Of a stretch of 64,000 nucleotides of DNA, positions 25,690 to 38,323 are shown piece by piece. Source of the DNA: Callorhinchus milii (lineage: Eukaryota); contig NW_024704742.1 in assembly GCF_018977255.1 (NCBI RefSeq), forward strand, positions 1,860,001 through 1,924,000, given 5' to 3'. A program made the position numbers and the translations under genes. How positions within the stretch are numbered: the stretch's first letter is position 1; the number at the start of each line of letters is the position of its first letter. The notes below the pieces were generated by a model. It worked only from the letters and a program-made list of their open reading frames with translations. It searched no databases and had not been told where the DNA came from.

Positions 25690-28233
25690 AAAAGCTTTAA
25701 CTTGAGTTACTCTGAACAAATTTCTGTCCTGTGTGAATTTCACATCCGAGGCTCTCATCCCATCAAACAATAATAATAATGATGAAAAGCCTTGCATTTG
25801 ACATATCGCCTTATCGCGCCGTTGAGACGTGTCAAAGGGCTTCACAGGGCACACTGTGAAGTGAATTGGCTGTGTATTTTGTCGGCGAAATAATAGAATC
25901 ATTCGGACGTTTGCAAGACTCTTCGGTTTCCCATCCCTGCAAATAGCTTAGCACCCAAATCGAAGCTGCCATTCCATTTCAGAGTGATCGATTTCAATTT
26001 CCAATCCTATCTGCTGTCGATAAGAAGGAAGCATGGATGGCGAGAAGCATCTCAATCGCAAATCAATTTGTCAAGGCTGGAGACCACAGCCACCGGAAAA
26101 GAAAGATTAACATCACTTTCCTCGATGCGAACGCGACTGCCGCGTGAGCTGAACTGAAGGGAGCTCACCCAGACTGCTGCAAATTGCTTGGCGCTTAATG
26201 AGGTTTGATTCAGCTCAGGGGATGCTGCCACTGTGAAGCTGCCAAACATTGGGACCTATAATTAAAATTACAGATGGAAACTGAACTGAACGAACAGTGA
26301 AATGTGTAGAGTGGAAGTTCTGAGAAAGCGAAAGGCTATCAGTTTGCACAGTCGATGTTAGACACCAAGTACTTTAGAAACTGAGATTACCAGAGGTGTC
26401 TTGTTTACGGATTGTGTTTAAACACTTGGTATCACTTTCGTAGGTTGTCAGCTACATAATTAATGGTGCCTGGAATTCCCACTGTACGTGTGTGCTGACA
26501 CAAAGAAATTAGACCCCAAATGTCAGGTCACTGGTCCTGATTGTCTGTTTTTCGGCAGATCTCCAGGCCCTTCAGGCCTGCGCTGGTCTCCTCTCCCCCT
26601 CCTCTCCCCCCCCCCGCCCCACCCAAATTGTCCACCCAGTTTTTGTTCAAGAAGAAATTGATCTTTTTTTTTGCAAGAATCTAATGCGTTATTTCCTCAT
26701 GTTTAGTTTCTGTCAATAAAGTGAAAGAATGTAGGTCGGCAATAAAATGTACCTCGAAAGCACCAATCAACCACCCGCAACTTTCCCTCGAGATTTGCCG
26801 AATTTCCCTGCAAAACGCTCAGATTTCTCCGCCACTGTTGGCAAATATTTCCGCAACTGACGAGGTGCAGGTCAGACCTCCAGGCCCTCCTTGGTGCTAT
26901 GAATGAATGGGCCGGTCACATCAGAATGGAGAGAAAATGTGAATTCAAAGAAGAATACAGGATTATAGGTAATAATATCATGTCATGTGCACCACCCCTC
27001 TCTCCCCCCCACCCCCCACCCCGCTACCATTAGTTATTGGTTCTTAAGTACTATTTTAGTTTAAATTGCATCTGGTGCGGAAACAGTCAACTGGGGTAAG
27101 ATGAAAGGAAGTGACGTAGGAGTAATGAAGGTTATCTTTATCGCCCGAGCTCACAGAATCTCTTCACAGTGTCAATGAGGGGGTTTTATGCAGGAGAGTG
27201 GATGTGGCAGACATCTGAATTTGATCACCAATCAAATGTCCCTTTCTGAACGGTCCTTGAGAGACTCCTGGATAACAGTATGCAATTTCTCCTCAGCAGT
27301 TTCTTCCTTGATTCTGCAGATGAGTGAAATTGTGATGGTGAGGGAACGTGCTTTGGCATTCAATAAGTCGGAATATAGTTCAACAGCCGCAATCAGAGCA
27401 GATAGTGATTTGGAAGAGTCAAGCATTGCTTCTTTTTCAAATTGTCTAACAATTATTTTGAACAGTATAAGGTCTGATTGTACCTACAATACATTATTTA
27501 TTTCTTAAACATAATAACTAACGGGAGTAAATCTCAAATATAAGAATGCCGTTTGTATATATTGTAATCTGCTTTTAAATGCAATGTCAAATCTAATTTT
27601 CAAGTGGGAAATAATATCTTGAATCATAATACAATCTCATAGCTTTAGACGTCTGATTCAAGTGAATGTGACGGTTTTCCCACTGCCAGACGGGTTCGTA
27701 CAGCATATTGTTTATTACCGAAATAAAGTGTGTGTTTTAAATTTATAAAACAGTATGTTACTTTCTTCTGCAGTGACGTGGCTGATGGACTTTGAAATGG
27801 TTTGGACACTTAGCTTAATCAAGCACATGAGCGTTGGATACACAAATCATTTAGCCTATACTGCACCAATTGAGCTGGCAATGAGTAGAGTCAAAATACG
27901 TTCACTTCAAAGCTCAGTCCCATTTTAACCGGTCTCAGTGCATTTAACAGTGATGTGGTGAGAGCTGGAAAATGATTGTTTTCAAAGGTCAAACAAGCCC
28001 ATTTAAGAGGCAATGAAGTGTGCACAGATTTCCGAGGCATTTGGTGCATTTGATGTTTTAGTCCTATTGTGGTACAGAAAGAACGAACGGATGGTTTGTC
28101 CAGATCTTTGTTCGGCGTCAAAATTTCCCCGTGTTTTCTCGATGCTCTTCCTGTTACTCTTCCTGTCCAGCCACACGAATGAAAACATATTTAGCGAAGC
28201 AATAGAAATTTGCAAATGGTGATAATGCTTCGA

Positions 28234-28873
28234 TAAAGCATACATAAGTGCAGTGGTTACTGAGGTTGTTCAGGTGAACTGAGTTGGACCTGTAAATAAC
28301 ACTTCTACAATGCGTCACTGGGGATTGAACTGTGCATTCCACTGGGTAAAATCTACATTGTTACAGGGAACATTTTGTGGTTCATTTTCTTGCTGAAATC
28401 CCCTGTGTCAAGATTTTGTGTGGACCAGATAGTTCAGNTTTTTTTTACATGAAGCTTCATATTCTTTCAGTTCAGATTCGCCTTCTGAGCACAACAGATG
28501 TTTCTGTTTTAACAAGGGCATTCTTATTCATCTGGTTGTTCTAACTAAAAAAAAGATCAGCCACAAGAAAATCAAATCTCTCCTTCAGAAGCCTGATCCT
28601 CGAAAATGCAAGGATCCCAATGGGGAAGATGCTTAGGTTGTCAGCGAAGGAAGCAGATGCTCCTTTGACTCATCTGTCCCGGGAGTGAAAAACAGTGAAT
28701 TTCATGCCTCTCCAAATGAAGGGGTCAAAGTCAGGCTCTAGGAACTACAGCATAAATAACTAAAGCATAGATAAGTGCAATGGTTACTGAGGTTGTTGCG
28801 GTGAACTAAATTGGACCCAAAAGTTATCACTTCCACAGTGGGTCACTGTGCATTGAACTGTGCATTTCACTGG
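28234..28873. repeat. Dispersed direct repeat of ~112 bp (copies at 28234-28345 and 28761-28873)
   Basis: taaagcata.ataagtgca.tggttactgaggttgtt..ggtgaact...ttggacc...cactt..aca.tg.gtcactg...attgaactgtgcatt.cactgg occurs twice, with unrelated flanks. Confidence 0.9.
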
Positions 28874-29904
28874 ATCAGGCCTCCTAGTCATGCAAATCAT
28901 TGTGAATGAGAAGGTGATGCCACGTCACAGTCCCAACGGCTGTCTGCTTTCCAATTTGACTCCGGAGTGCATCAGTTCATCTCTGACATTTTCGATCCCT
29001 GGGCTTGCAATCATCACTGACCGCAACAACAAACGGATTCTCCCAGCCTGAAGTGAGAGAAGGCTTGAAAGGACGTTTATCTTCTGGCCTTGTTTGAGAT
29101 GCTGGACCTTTGTGGCACGTGTGTTGAGCTGCCACAAGTCATCAGACTTCAAAGGAGCCGCAAACGCGGGTTGGGTTATAAATAGGTTTTGTCGCAACAT
29201 TTACACAGAGAACCCTTGATAAAGTGTGCCTCGGTTTGTCTGCTTCACCAACGGGGGATGTCAGAATGAGCAAACATTTTTTTTTGCTTTCGGCTGAAAA
29301 ATGGTCCAGATAATTTGCCATCTGAAAGTCTAGCAGCAGCTGAATTGCAGCAGGCAATTATAGATGGATTTTTGAAAATGGGCAGAAAGACGACCTATTT
29401 GCTATGTGCCTGTTAAGCAAACCCAAGTCAGGAACCTCGCTGAGAAATATCGGTTGTGAGGTTGCGCGATCTCTACTCTGCAAAGCACCCAAACACGCCT
29501 TTAACTGCTCACTCGTTTTTTGGGGGGCTCTGAGGAGCAATGGCAACCACTGCTCTCTTTCCAGTAAAGATGTTTATGGAAAATTTGAAGGGTGAGATTG
29601 CCATATAAAGGTTCAGGACAATTCCACACTTTCTTTTGTTAAAGCCACTAAATCGATATTGATGGGGTAAAAAGAAAACGTGCTCTGAATAAGAGGAGAC
29701 TGATTATTGGCACTCAAAACGAGGGAGACTTGGTCAGATCAGTTAATGTATTTGTCCAGGAATGTGTTGGTTAGTTAATATAATATCTATTGACAATAAA
29801 GTAAAGGTTTCACAGTGTCAACAGGGTAATGCATCTTTCTGATGTTTCTAACGTGCTGCGAACTTCTAATACACCTTTAGCTGGTTGGTGAATTAGACAG
29901 TTGG

Positions 29905-30110
29905 TTCGTTGTTCGATGGGTTGTTGTCATACCTGAGGTTAAAATTCCAGTGCCCCGACTGTGAAGAGTTCTGGTTCAGTGGATATAGTCCAAAACACAG
30001 CCTGAACTTTCTTGCTAAGCAGCATAGTTGCACATCATCTGTTCTGAAGCAGGCTGTTTCCTCGCTATTCTGGGGAACGCTGCCTTGTCCCAGATTGCTG
30101 TGTTTTTCAT
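29905..30110 (+). mobile_element. Very old Ingi/Vingi-like LINE fragment
   Basis: FDGLLSY...HSLNFLAK..SCTSSVLKQAVSSL resembles the post-RT LDRTLSY...RNNLLxKLA..WGAxxxxLRTxxLAL region. Confidence 0.4.
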
Positions 30111-30609
30111 CAAGCTGTTGCTGTTCCCTTGAGCCCCTCTTGCCATTGCCCCTGGGGGCCAGTGGGCATGATTCTCTTGTTCCATTTTGCTGAAAAGTGC
30201 CAGCAAAATGTCCAGCAACCAAAGTGGCAGCGTAGCCAACAGAAATGAAACAGGAAATAAAAGGTGTATCCCGCCGTCGACCTAGAATGGGGGAAGATTT
30301 GGAGAAAAGTGTTGATAAAGTTTCAGATTCATTTGTAAAATCCAGCTGCTTGGAAAATGCGTTACCGCTTGCAAAGTTATCAGCGGCTCTATAATAGTTA
30401 TCAGCTATTTTTTTTGGGGGGGAGTTTGGTTTGCTTTCTAAATGCGACTGTGTACTTGGTGCTCCAGGTTAAGGAGCAAAGCAGCACTTTTCAGTGCTGT
30501 TAAAGTTTAATGGCATCTGCAGACTGCCGCCGAAGATACCTAGTAATCTTCTCAAATAGCTCGCAGGGCGAGGGCAGAACAGTCATAGCCAACCTTGGAT
30601 GTGCAACGT

Positions 30610-31210
30610 TAACATCAACATGAGCGAGGCGAGGTGCTAGATTGGCTCAAGGGTCTGAAAGACAGTAAATCCCCTGAGGCAGATGAACTGAACCTCTGGG
30701 TGTTGAGTTGGTACAGGCAGCAGATTTGTGAAGTGCTGACAGACACTTTGAAGAATTTTAATAACTACACTGGAGCTTCTGACAAGAATCAAAACAAGCG
30801 ATTGCGGTTCCCACGTTCAAGAAAGCTGACAGAATCATACTGGATAACTGCAGAGCCATTAGCGCGACCTCGATAATTTCCAAATCTAGTGAAATCAAAT
30901 CACAGGTAGCAATTTGTGGGGGTGGGGGATGAAAGAAATGACAGCTTCAAAAGGAGTGGACTACTGTGACAAGCATCGTAGCCTTTTTGGGGAATGCAAC
31001 ATTCCCAATTAAACAGTCCAGAACCATTGGGCATCCAGTCTTGAGACTTTGGGTGTCATCTCCTTTACTAACTGATAACACCGATCACTGACTAAACGGA
31101 AGGAATGAGAACCATACTTTCAGATACGTCAAAGGTAGCAGCACAAAGTAGTACAAGTTCAGGGTGTGAATTGCAATTTCAAGACAGGGATGATAGGATG
31201 ACATGGAACG
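30610..31210 (+). mobile_element. CR1 ORF2 fragments
   Basis: VLDWLKGLKDSKSPEADELNLWVL...ICEVL matches the CR1 KSPGPDGxHPRVL motif. Confidence 0.65.
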
Positions 31211-31954
31211 TTACAGTAGAAAAACGGGCAACTTAGTCTGACTAATGTTTATACTCCATATAAGCCTCCACACCTCCTAATCCCCTCCCCTTCATCCCTC
31301 TAAATTATCTAGAAACGTAATTTTTCCAAGAGGATAATTGAGCCTGGGTTAGGCTGCCCTGTACGGGTAGGAATGTTGAAGTATCTTTTAAAAAAAAAAC
31401 CTTGATTGTGTAAGAGGACGACTATAAATGGAGTATTTAGGGAGAGATTAAACGGGATAAGCCTTTCTCATCCAAAACCTCTCCTGTGACCTGTTGTTCC
31501 TTACAGTGGCTCTAGGAGATGTCTATCACACGATCAGTTGTTCCATTCTATCAAGTAAAATCACACGACAATGTTGTGATCGCTGGTCACCCCAGGTACA
31601 AATTGTAGTGTCAGTGATCACTCTTTTCTCGTTTTGATGAACTGTCTTAAAAACTGGAGGGAAGCAAATAAGAATGAACGGCGGATTGAACAGTGGTCGG
31701 AAGCTGTTGTGATCTCCTTGGTTGAACGGTGCATGTTCAACTCAGGCGAGAGAAATTAGCTTGGAATGAAACTAGCCCCAAGGAGAAGTTGCTGACACCT
31801 CGGAGTGTAAATCTGCCACTTTCTTCCGTGTTCTGAGCTGAATGTGTTAATGGGACCGGGGGGGGGTCTCTGGCAGTGTTGGAGTGATGTTACAAAACTG
31901 CAAAAGGAGAGGAAAAGCTAGCGCTTCAAAAATCGTAGGTAGGTCACCCTCGTG

Positions 31955-32158
31955 TGTGTCAACCTGGCTCAGTTGCTAGCCCTCTTGATTCTGAATCAGA
32001 AGGATCATGGTTCAAATCCCACATCAGGACTTGCAATCACATATAGTCAAAAAGGGGGTTGTTGATTTGTGGGAGGTGCCGTGCTTCGGATGAGACACTA
32101 AACCGAGGTCCCATCTGTCTGTTCAGGTAGACATTAAAGATCCCATGGAACTATTTTG
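31955..32158 (+). mobile_element. DeuSINE head and 5' Deu domain
   Basis: A/B boxes in gtgtcaacctggctcagttgctagc...ggttcaaatccc, then ggaggtgccgtgcttcggatgagacactaaaccgagg. Confidence 0.85.
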
Positions 32159-32159
32159 A

Positions 32160-32632
32160 CAGCTTTGGGGCATAGTGGCTGAAGACACGGCTGCCGATGG
32201 TGGATCGGAGGGTCGGGGGGACGAGGAGGAGGCTGGAGTAGCTGAGCGGAGCAGCGGGTCAGTGGTGTAGGGAGAGAGCAGGGTGGAGAGATGGGGGAGG
32301 GGGGTGGGGAGGAGGAGGGGGGGGGTGCCAGGGCTTGAAGGGATTTAAATACAACAGTGAAGTAGATTTATGTGTCATCTGCATTCATGCGGAAGTTGAC
32401 CCCGTGTCTGCGGATGACATGGCCGAGAGAGAGCATGTAGATGAGGAAAAGAAGGGAGCCAAGGATGGAGCCTTGGGATACCCTGCAAGTGACCAGGCGG
32501 GGGCGAGAGGAAAAACCTTTGGCCGAGATGAAGTGCCGACCGTTGGTTAAGTAGGACTCGATGCACGCGAGTGCGGTCCCACTAAGGTGGATGAGGGACG
32601 AGAGGCCGTGGAGGAGGACGGTGTGGTCGACT
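32160..32632 (-). mobile_element. L2 fragment: RT core joined to the ORF2 C-terminal region across an internal deletion
   Basis: Minus strand 32632-32362 reads VDHTVLLHGL...ESYLTNGRHFI...[39 protein letters not shown]. 32160-32345 matches the LRS...GGRAFS region. Confidence 0.85.
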
Positions 32633-33629
32633 TCAGTCAGAATTTAATCACAAATATAGAGGGGCAGAAACGTAGATGGAAAGGACGATTTGAAGCCTAA
32701 TACTTATTTACGTTTGCGGTACTCTTATTAGGTGGACTAGAGGTGCAAAGGAGAGAGAATCCGGTGCTGTGTTGATGGACGGGTGATGTAGTCAGTGACA
32801 GAGGTTGCAATTACTCTGTAGCTACAATGTTTGGCTGCTTTAATCAGGCTTAGAAACGGAGCCCCATGTCATTGAATTCATCTAATTTTCTCATTAGATG
32901 GCCAGTTTATCTTTGTGTGAGACAGCTGCGGCTGTCATGGCCCAAAGTCGGTACTAAACCAGGGAGTTCATGTCGGATCTGCAGGAATGTTGCTTTGACG
33001 ATTGTAATTCCAGGACACACGTGACGTTCTCTGGGGCCGTTACTGTTAGGTTAGACACGTTTAGTAGGACAGACTGGGAACGTGCTTATTGGAAGTTAAA
33101 TCTCAGTTGATGGGGGTCTTGTGTTCGTTGAGGGGGGAAAATTTTAGGTGAAAACCTCCTAAAAGCTACGGATTTGTTTGACCGCGAAAGATAATTGCAT
33201 CTCTTTATGAAATGTCAGCTTTCCCATCCAATCTTCACGGCTGACCATGGAACTGAACACCCCTGTACCTCCTGAACAGCCCAGATTTTGGTCGGTCTGA
33301 GGATTTCTCCTTTCCACTTCTGCTCCTGATCACATAGGTTGGTGCTTGAGTGTACCTAAAAGTTGGACCGCAACATTATTCAACTGATATCTTGCACTGC
33401 ATCGCGGACACCGTCTCTGGGATCCAGAGAAAAAAAAACAACAAACCCAGACGGCAAGAGTTTTAAAAGAAAAGCTTCGGAATAAAACCAACGTACTAAA
33501 GTGGGAGATGGAAGTTTTTTTTTTAAGGAGCTAGAAAGTTTTTAAGGAATGGATAAAAATACGTCTCATTCCGCGTTTGATGTGATAATGGCGTCAATCT
33601 GTTCTGAATGTTTCATCTCCAGCACATTT

Positions 33630-33900
33630 GGAACAGAGGATAACAGGAACAGAAGGAGGCCATTCAGGCAAATCGAGGCTGTTCCATCAATGCATTGGAT
33701 CTTGGCAGAACTCTTAATCCCAATGCCCACCCTTTCACCCGAGTGCTTAATACCTGTATTACTCAAGTATCTGTCTTAACTCTCCCGCTTTAGACATCGC
33801 TATTGATTCTGCTTCCGTAGCTATCTGGGGCAGAGTATTACAGCTTCTTCCACACCCCTCTGTGTGAAGTAAATCTTCCTGACTTCAATCTAATATTAGT
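33630..33900 (-). mobile_element. CR1 3' end
   Basis: ggaacagaaggaggccattcag (CR1 3'UTR) and ccctctgtgtgaagtaaatcttcct (FTQR motif reversed). Confidence 0.7.
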
Positions 33901-34594
33901 TGCCCCAAAACTTCCCAGCGCGCGGCTTCACAATGGGAAAATGCAGCAAAGCTCATAGGAGCAATCACTTGTTAAATCAAAGTGTAAGCATTCATTAGCT
34001 GTTACAAAATCTCCATGGAAGCACGATTATTTAAAATCAATTGGGGAAAAAATAAATGAGTCACATTTTGGGGCACGCTGTTCATCAAATGATGTCAGCC
34101 GCTTGCTTGTTAGTTTATGATCCATCGCTTGCTATAAAAAATTGATATTTTCCAGGACTGCGGGTCTATTGTTCTATCAAGTTATTGAAGCAGAGTTAAT
34201 AAGTCGTTTTTAAATTGAATTAGATAAATGGAATAGTAAAGAGCAGGGAGAATAGCAAAGAGCGAGATCAACAACAACAACTACTCACATTTATGTGGCA
34301 CCCTTTATGCGGTGCGGCTTCTCGGAGTGCTTCAGAGCACTCGGAGTAGCTCACGTGGAGGTTATGGTTTGAGTTGATGGGTCGACGGGCTTCTTTTGGC
34401 GCTGTAACCTCACGATGTTTTGTCCAAAATGTTCCACGGGGCGGGGGAGAGGTGGCTGTAAGCGCGGTCGAAGAGGAAGGTATTCAGCTTGGGGTGGACC
34501 TGGAGCCCACTTGGTACGGAGAGGATTCCCTGCGGAAAGCAGTACTCAAGAGGCTCTCTCTCTCGCTGCCCGGCTCCTGTTCACTTCCACAGAA

Positions 34595-34978
34595 ATATAT
34601 AATAATATAATAATCCTAGCATTTGATATGGCACCTCATCACCTCGTTGACGCGTCTGAAAGCGCTTCACAGAATATATTGTAAAGTGAATTGACGGCAT
34701 ATTTTGTGGACGAAACGATGCAGCCGTTTGCACACAGCAGCGTCCCCGCAAACAATTGTGGATTGAGTGACCAAACTATTATGATTATTTATTGGTGGAG
34801 AGATTATTCCCCCAGAAAGTGATCCGCCAATCGAACTAACAACCGGGTTCCCTCTTACCGATAGTTAAACAGGCGTCTGGAGTACGGAAATCTGCCTGTG
34901 GTTTCACCCCACCCCAGGAATCGAACCCGGGTCTTCTTGCTTGTGAGGCGAGTGCTCTAACCACTGAACTACAGGCCT
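34595..34978 (-). mobile_element. SINE with tRNA head (CAC at anticodon position, Val-like), 3' Deu remnant and L2 tail
   Basis: Minus-strand head ggcctgtagttcagtggttagagcactcgcctcacaagcaagaagacccgggttcgattcctgg has intact A and B boxes. Confidence 0.8.
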
Positions 34979-34984
34979 TCATGT

Positions 34985-35140
34985 AATTTGGTCACTCAAT
35001 CCACGACTGTTTGCGGGACACCGCTGTGCACTATTTCGTCTGCAAAATGTAGTCAGTATACTTTACAGTTTACTCGGTGAAGCGCTTTGGGACGTCCGAA
35101 CGACGTGATAATAAGCGCAGTAACAAATGCAAGGATTATG
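34985..35140 (+). mobile_element. SINE 3' half, inverted relative to its neighbour
   Basis: tggtcactcaatccacgactgtttgcggga...gtgaagcgctttgggacgtccgaacgacgtg. Confidence 0.8.
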
Positions 35141-35214
35141 ATGTACCATTAGACTTTCATCAGTGACATATTCTCAACCCAACACACGCAAGTCAGCGGA
35201 TACTAAGCAGCGCA

Positions 35215-35465
35215 GGGCTGAACACCATCAATGACTTGGGCGTGTACAGCGAGCTTCACGCCGGACTGTGTCTCAGGGCACTGAAGGTGGGAAGCAGTCA
35301 TCGTATCGCGGTTCATGTCAGCAGGAAATCTCAACGAAGGATTTGTAAACAGCACAAGATTGACACCGACCTTCTGGGACAGCACTCGGATATGGAAGTC
35401 GAGCTCACGGGAGCGCCGGATGTGTTGTGGAAAGTCAGCCTGAAACAGCTGCCCGGGATCTATTA
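35215..35465 (-). mobile_element. Old Ingi/Vingi-like LINE fragment
   Basis: The minus strand has RLTFH..., KV..NL and agtgccctgagacacagtccggcgtga, similar to the ALEYCGPAW segment near 54700. Confidence 0.35.
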
Positions 35466-35830
35466 ATTCCCAGTCCTTTTTATTTTGTACGCTGCAATTT
35501 TGACCCCCGCCAAAATCCCCCCAACCCTCCCATATAGCACACAGATATACGGCTGTCATTAACAAGACTTGCACTGCTGCATCTGTCCCCCATGAGCTGA
35601 CTGACATAATGCCAGGAAGGAGACTTGGTTGGAAACTGGAAAATATCGCAGTCTTCTCAGCAAAACAACAAAGATGTAATTGAATTGCGATAATGAGCTT
35701 GCTCTGTACCAACGGCAGGTGGTAAATGATGGACAGCGGTGTGACTGAAACATTTCCATCCTTCAATCACACTGCCTGACCTCATTTACGGTTTACTCTC
35801 CCGCATCAATTATTGCTCAATACAAGAGGG

Positions 35831-36311
35831 ATCCTACCCTCGCTCGCCTCCATTGGCTCCCCATCCCCCAGAGGATCGAATTCAAGATCCTCATCCTCAG
35901 CTACAAGGCCAATCACGGCCTCGCTCCCTCCAACCTCTCCGACCTGCTATCCCCCTACCTACCCGCCCGTACCCTCCGTTCCTCTGGCTCCGATCTGCTC
36001 CACGTCCCCCGCCCCAACCGCCCTACCAACGGTGGCCGGGCCTTCAGCCTCTCAGCCCCGAGGCTCTGGAACTCTATCCCCAGTGCCTTCGCCGCTTCCT
36101 CCCTTTCCTCCTTCAAGGCCGGTCTCAAAACCTTTCTCTTCAACTGTGCCTTCAGCTCCCCTCTCGACTCTCTTCCCCCTCCTCGCTCCCTCCCTTCCCT
36201 CCCCTCATTTCCCCCCAATGCTGGGGTCCTGACCCAACTGTCCAGCACCTTGGGACGTCCTCGCGACGTGAAAGGCGCTCTATAAATGCAATCTTGATGT
36301 TGTTGTTGTTG
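35831..36311 (+). mobile_element. Young L2 LINE 3' end
   Basis: Closely similar to 17361-17954 (PTLARLHWLPIPQRIEFKILILSYKA...), with tail hairpin and (TTG)n. Confidence 0.95.
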
Positions 36312-38323
36312 CACATTTGGATTTGGAAAAGAAAGAAACAAATTAGTTTTTTCATAGTGCGGAATCATTTTCCAAACGATACCCAGACATTTCAAGACCT
36401 TTTTGTGACTTTGTGCACATAGAAGAGGGTAAGAATCATTTGGGTTACGAGACCTCTTAGCTTGGATTAACCTGACCTTATCTGGTGAATGAAAAATCAG
36501 ATTTAATTGGATGTTGATGAGGGGCAAAACTTCAAAGAGCATCAATTAAAATCAAGTTCCATTCCCTGGATAATAAATTAAAAATAGTGACCTTTATGAA
36601 AGAGTAATAAAGGGAATACATTTGTGGCTAAGTGCTTTCCCTTCCCATAGAGCTTAGAAGTCGAAGAGTGGCCTGAGACGTTGGGAGTCTAATTTGCAGC
36701 GTTGCATAATAGGATCCCTTTAGAATCCCTGTTGATCTTTTGGAACACTTCTTTCCTGAAGTATCCGTGTGTCGCCCTTCCGATTCCTGGAAAAAAAGAC
36801 CCTATTTGTTCACATTAAATCCCTTACAAACGAATCTCATTAAGAATAGTGTAAATTATTGCTGTCGTAGCAACCTATAATGGAGTTAATCTGATGCCAA
36901 TTGCTAACAGTCTTTTCATTGCTTCATTATGTAATGGTATTTCCCACTGTAAAGCCAGTAATAAAACAATGATTGTATTTTAGCGCCTGATAGACCCCAA
37001 GTTACTGCTCTTAATCTTCAGAGTTTTAAACTGAATTGAATAAGGATGAACGGGATGGAAAGGGATGCTTTGTTACATATTTGCTTGATATCTAGACATG
37101 AATGCCCTCCATCTTCAAATAGCTGGTGGGTCTTCTTGTATGGAACCCGAGGATCCTGCTTTGTTTTTCTATCCCTGGGAAGCTGCATTGAATTGCTTTG
37201 CATCTCATATTTTCTGGCTGCAAGTTTAAGGTAATCTGAATCCAGCCAATGTTATCTTAAACCAAACATGCTTTGGAAAGGACAGATGAACTTAATTAGA
37301 TATATGAAGGACAGTCATTGTCTTAATTAGCTCAGTGTTCCCGAGTTTCATGATTCACGTGGGCAGAATATTGCCGAGTGCCTACAATATAAAGTGCTTT
37401 GTTCGCATAGCAGAACGCTCAATGCTGCTTCATGAGTGCCCATCACTTGCAGAAATAAGTTGCATATTAAGTCAATTTGTGTAAGAAATTGCATAATTCC
37501 ATTCTATTATTCAAAGTGTTCCATCATCCACAACAACGCCAGTCTGATTTTCCATAGGCCAAATGTTCAAATGGGAATGTAATTGATAGCTGCAATTTAA
37601 ACAATATTAGTATTTTTTTTTCCCCCTAAAGATGCGAGTGTAGTCGGGCAATCCATTTTCATCTATTAGACAATGATTGTTACGCTATAATTAAGCAATA
37701 TGATTGTGTTATGACTATGTCTGAATAACACTGGATTTTGGCAGTGAGGCAACATCGCAGTTGTCGAGAATCACAGTTCTGCTTTCTTGGCCATTTGTTA
37801 TTGCTGTTGCACACGAGGCTCTTATTCAACTGGTTTTACTGAATTAGAATTAGGTGGCTATCAGGAGAAACTAAACCACTGTGATTGCTCCCTGCATCAA
37901 ATGTCATTGTGACAGCTGCTATACCTAGTAACTCTGTCTGAATACACATGAAGTGTTTTATTGATGATAATCATAGTAATCCTTGCATTTGACATAGCGC
38001 CTTATTTACTTTAAAGTGTAGCGACTGTGTATTTATTGATGGAGGTGGAGTTTGAGCCTGAAGTCACACAAGGCAACTGTCGTGGAGAATTTCCCTCAAA
38101 GGCATATTGTTCATTTTACATTGGACAGATAACAGCTGGTAAACCTTCTTGCACTTCTTGAAAGACAGATTATCCGAGATATTTGATGACGTGACAGCAC
38201 ATCACTAATTGTACCTTCTCTTCTGCATTTTTAGACATTTTTTTCAAGATGGAAACGTGAGCATTGAACAGCCAAACAAATCATAGAAAGGTTTTCCTTA
38301 TAGCGCAGAGTTGAAACGTGGAT

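Noticed and set aside
27188-27508. 106-aa ORF overlapping an antisense 64-aa ORF in repeat-free sequence
   Set aside because: No recognisable domain or splice-site support; the length is within chance expectation. A non-coding conserved role cannot be excluded.
5894-28438. Single N bases at 5894 and 28438
   Set aside because: Ambiguous calls next to homopolymer runs; a sequencing artefact, not biology.
29909-30193. FQCPDCEEFW as a zinc-finger or RTP-like host exon
   Set aside because: No second CxxC or matching splice sites; the surrounding residues fit a decayed LINE better.
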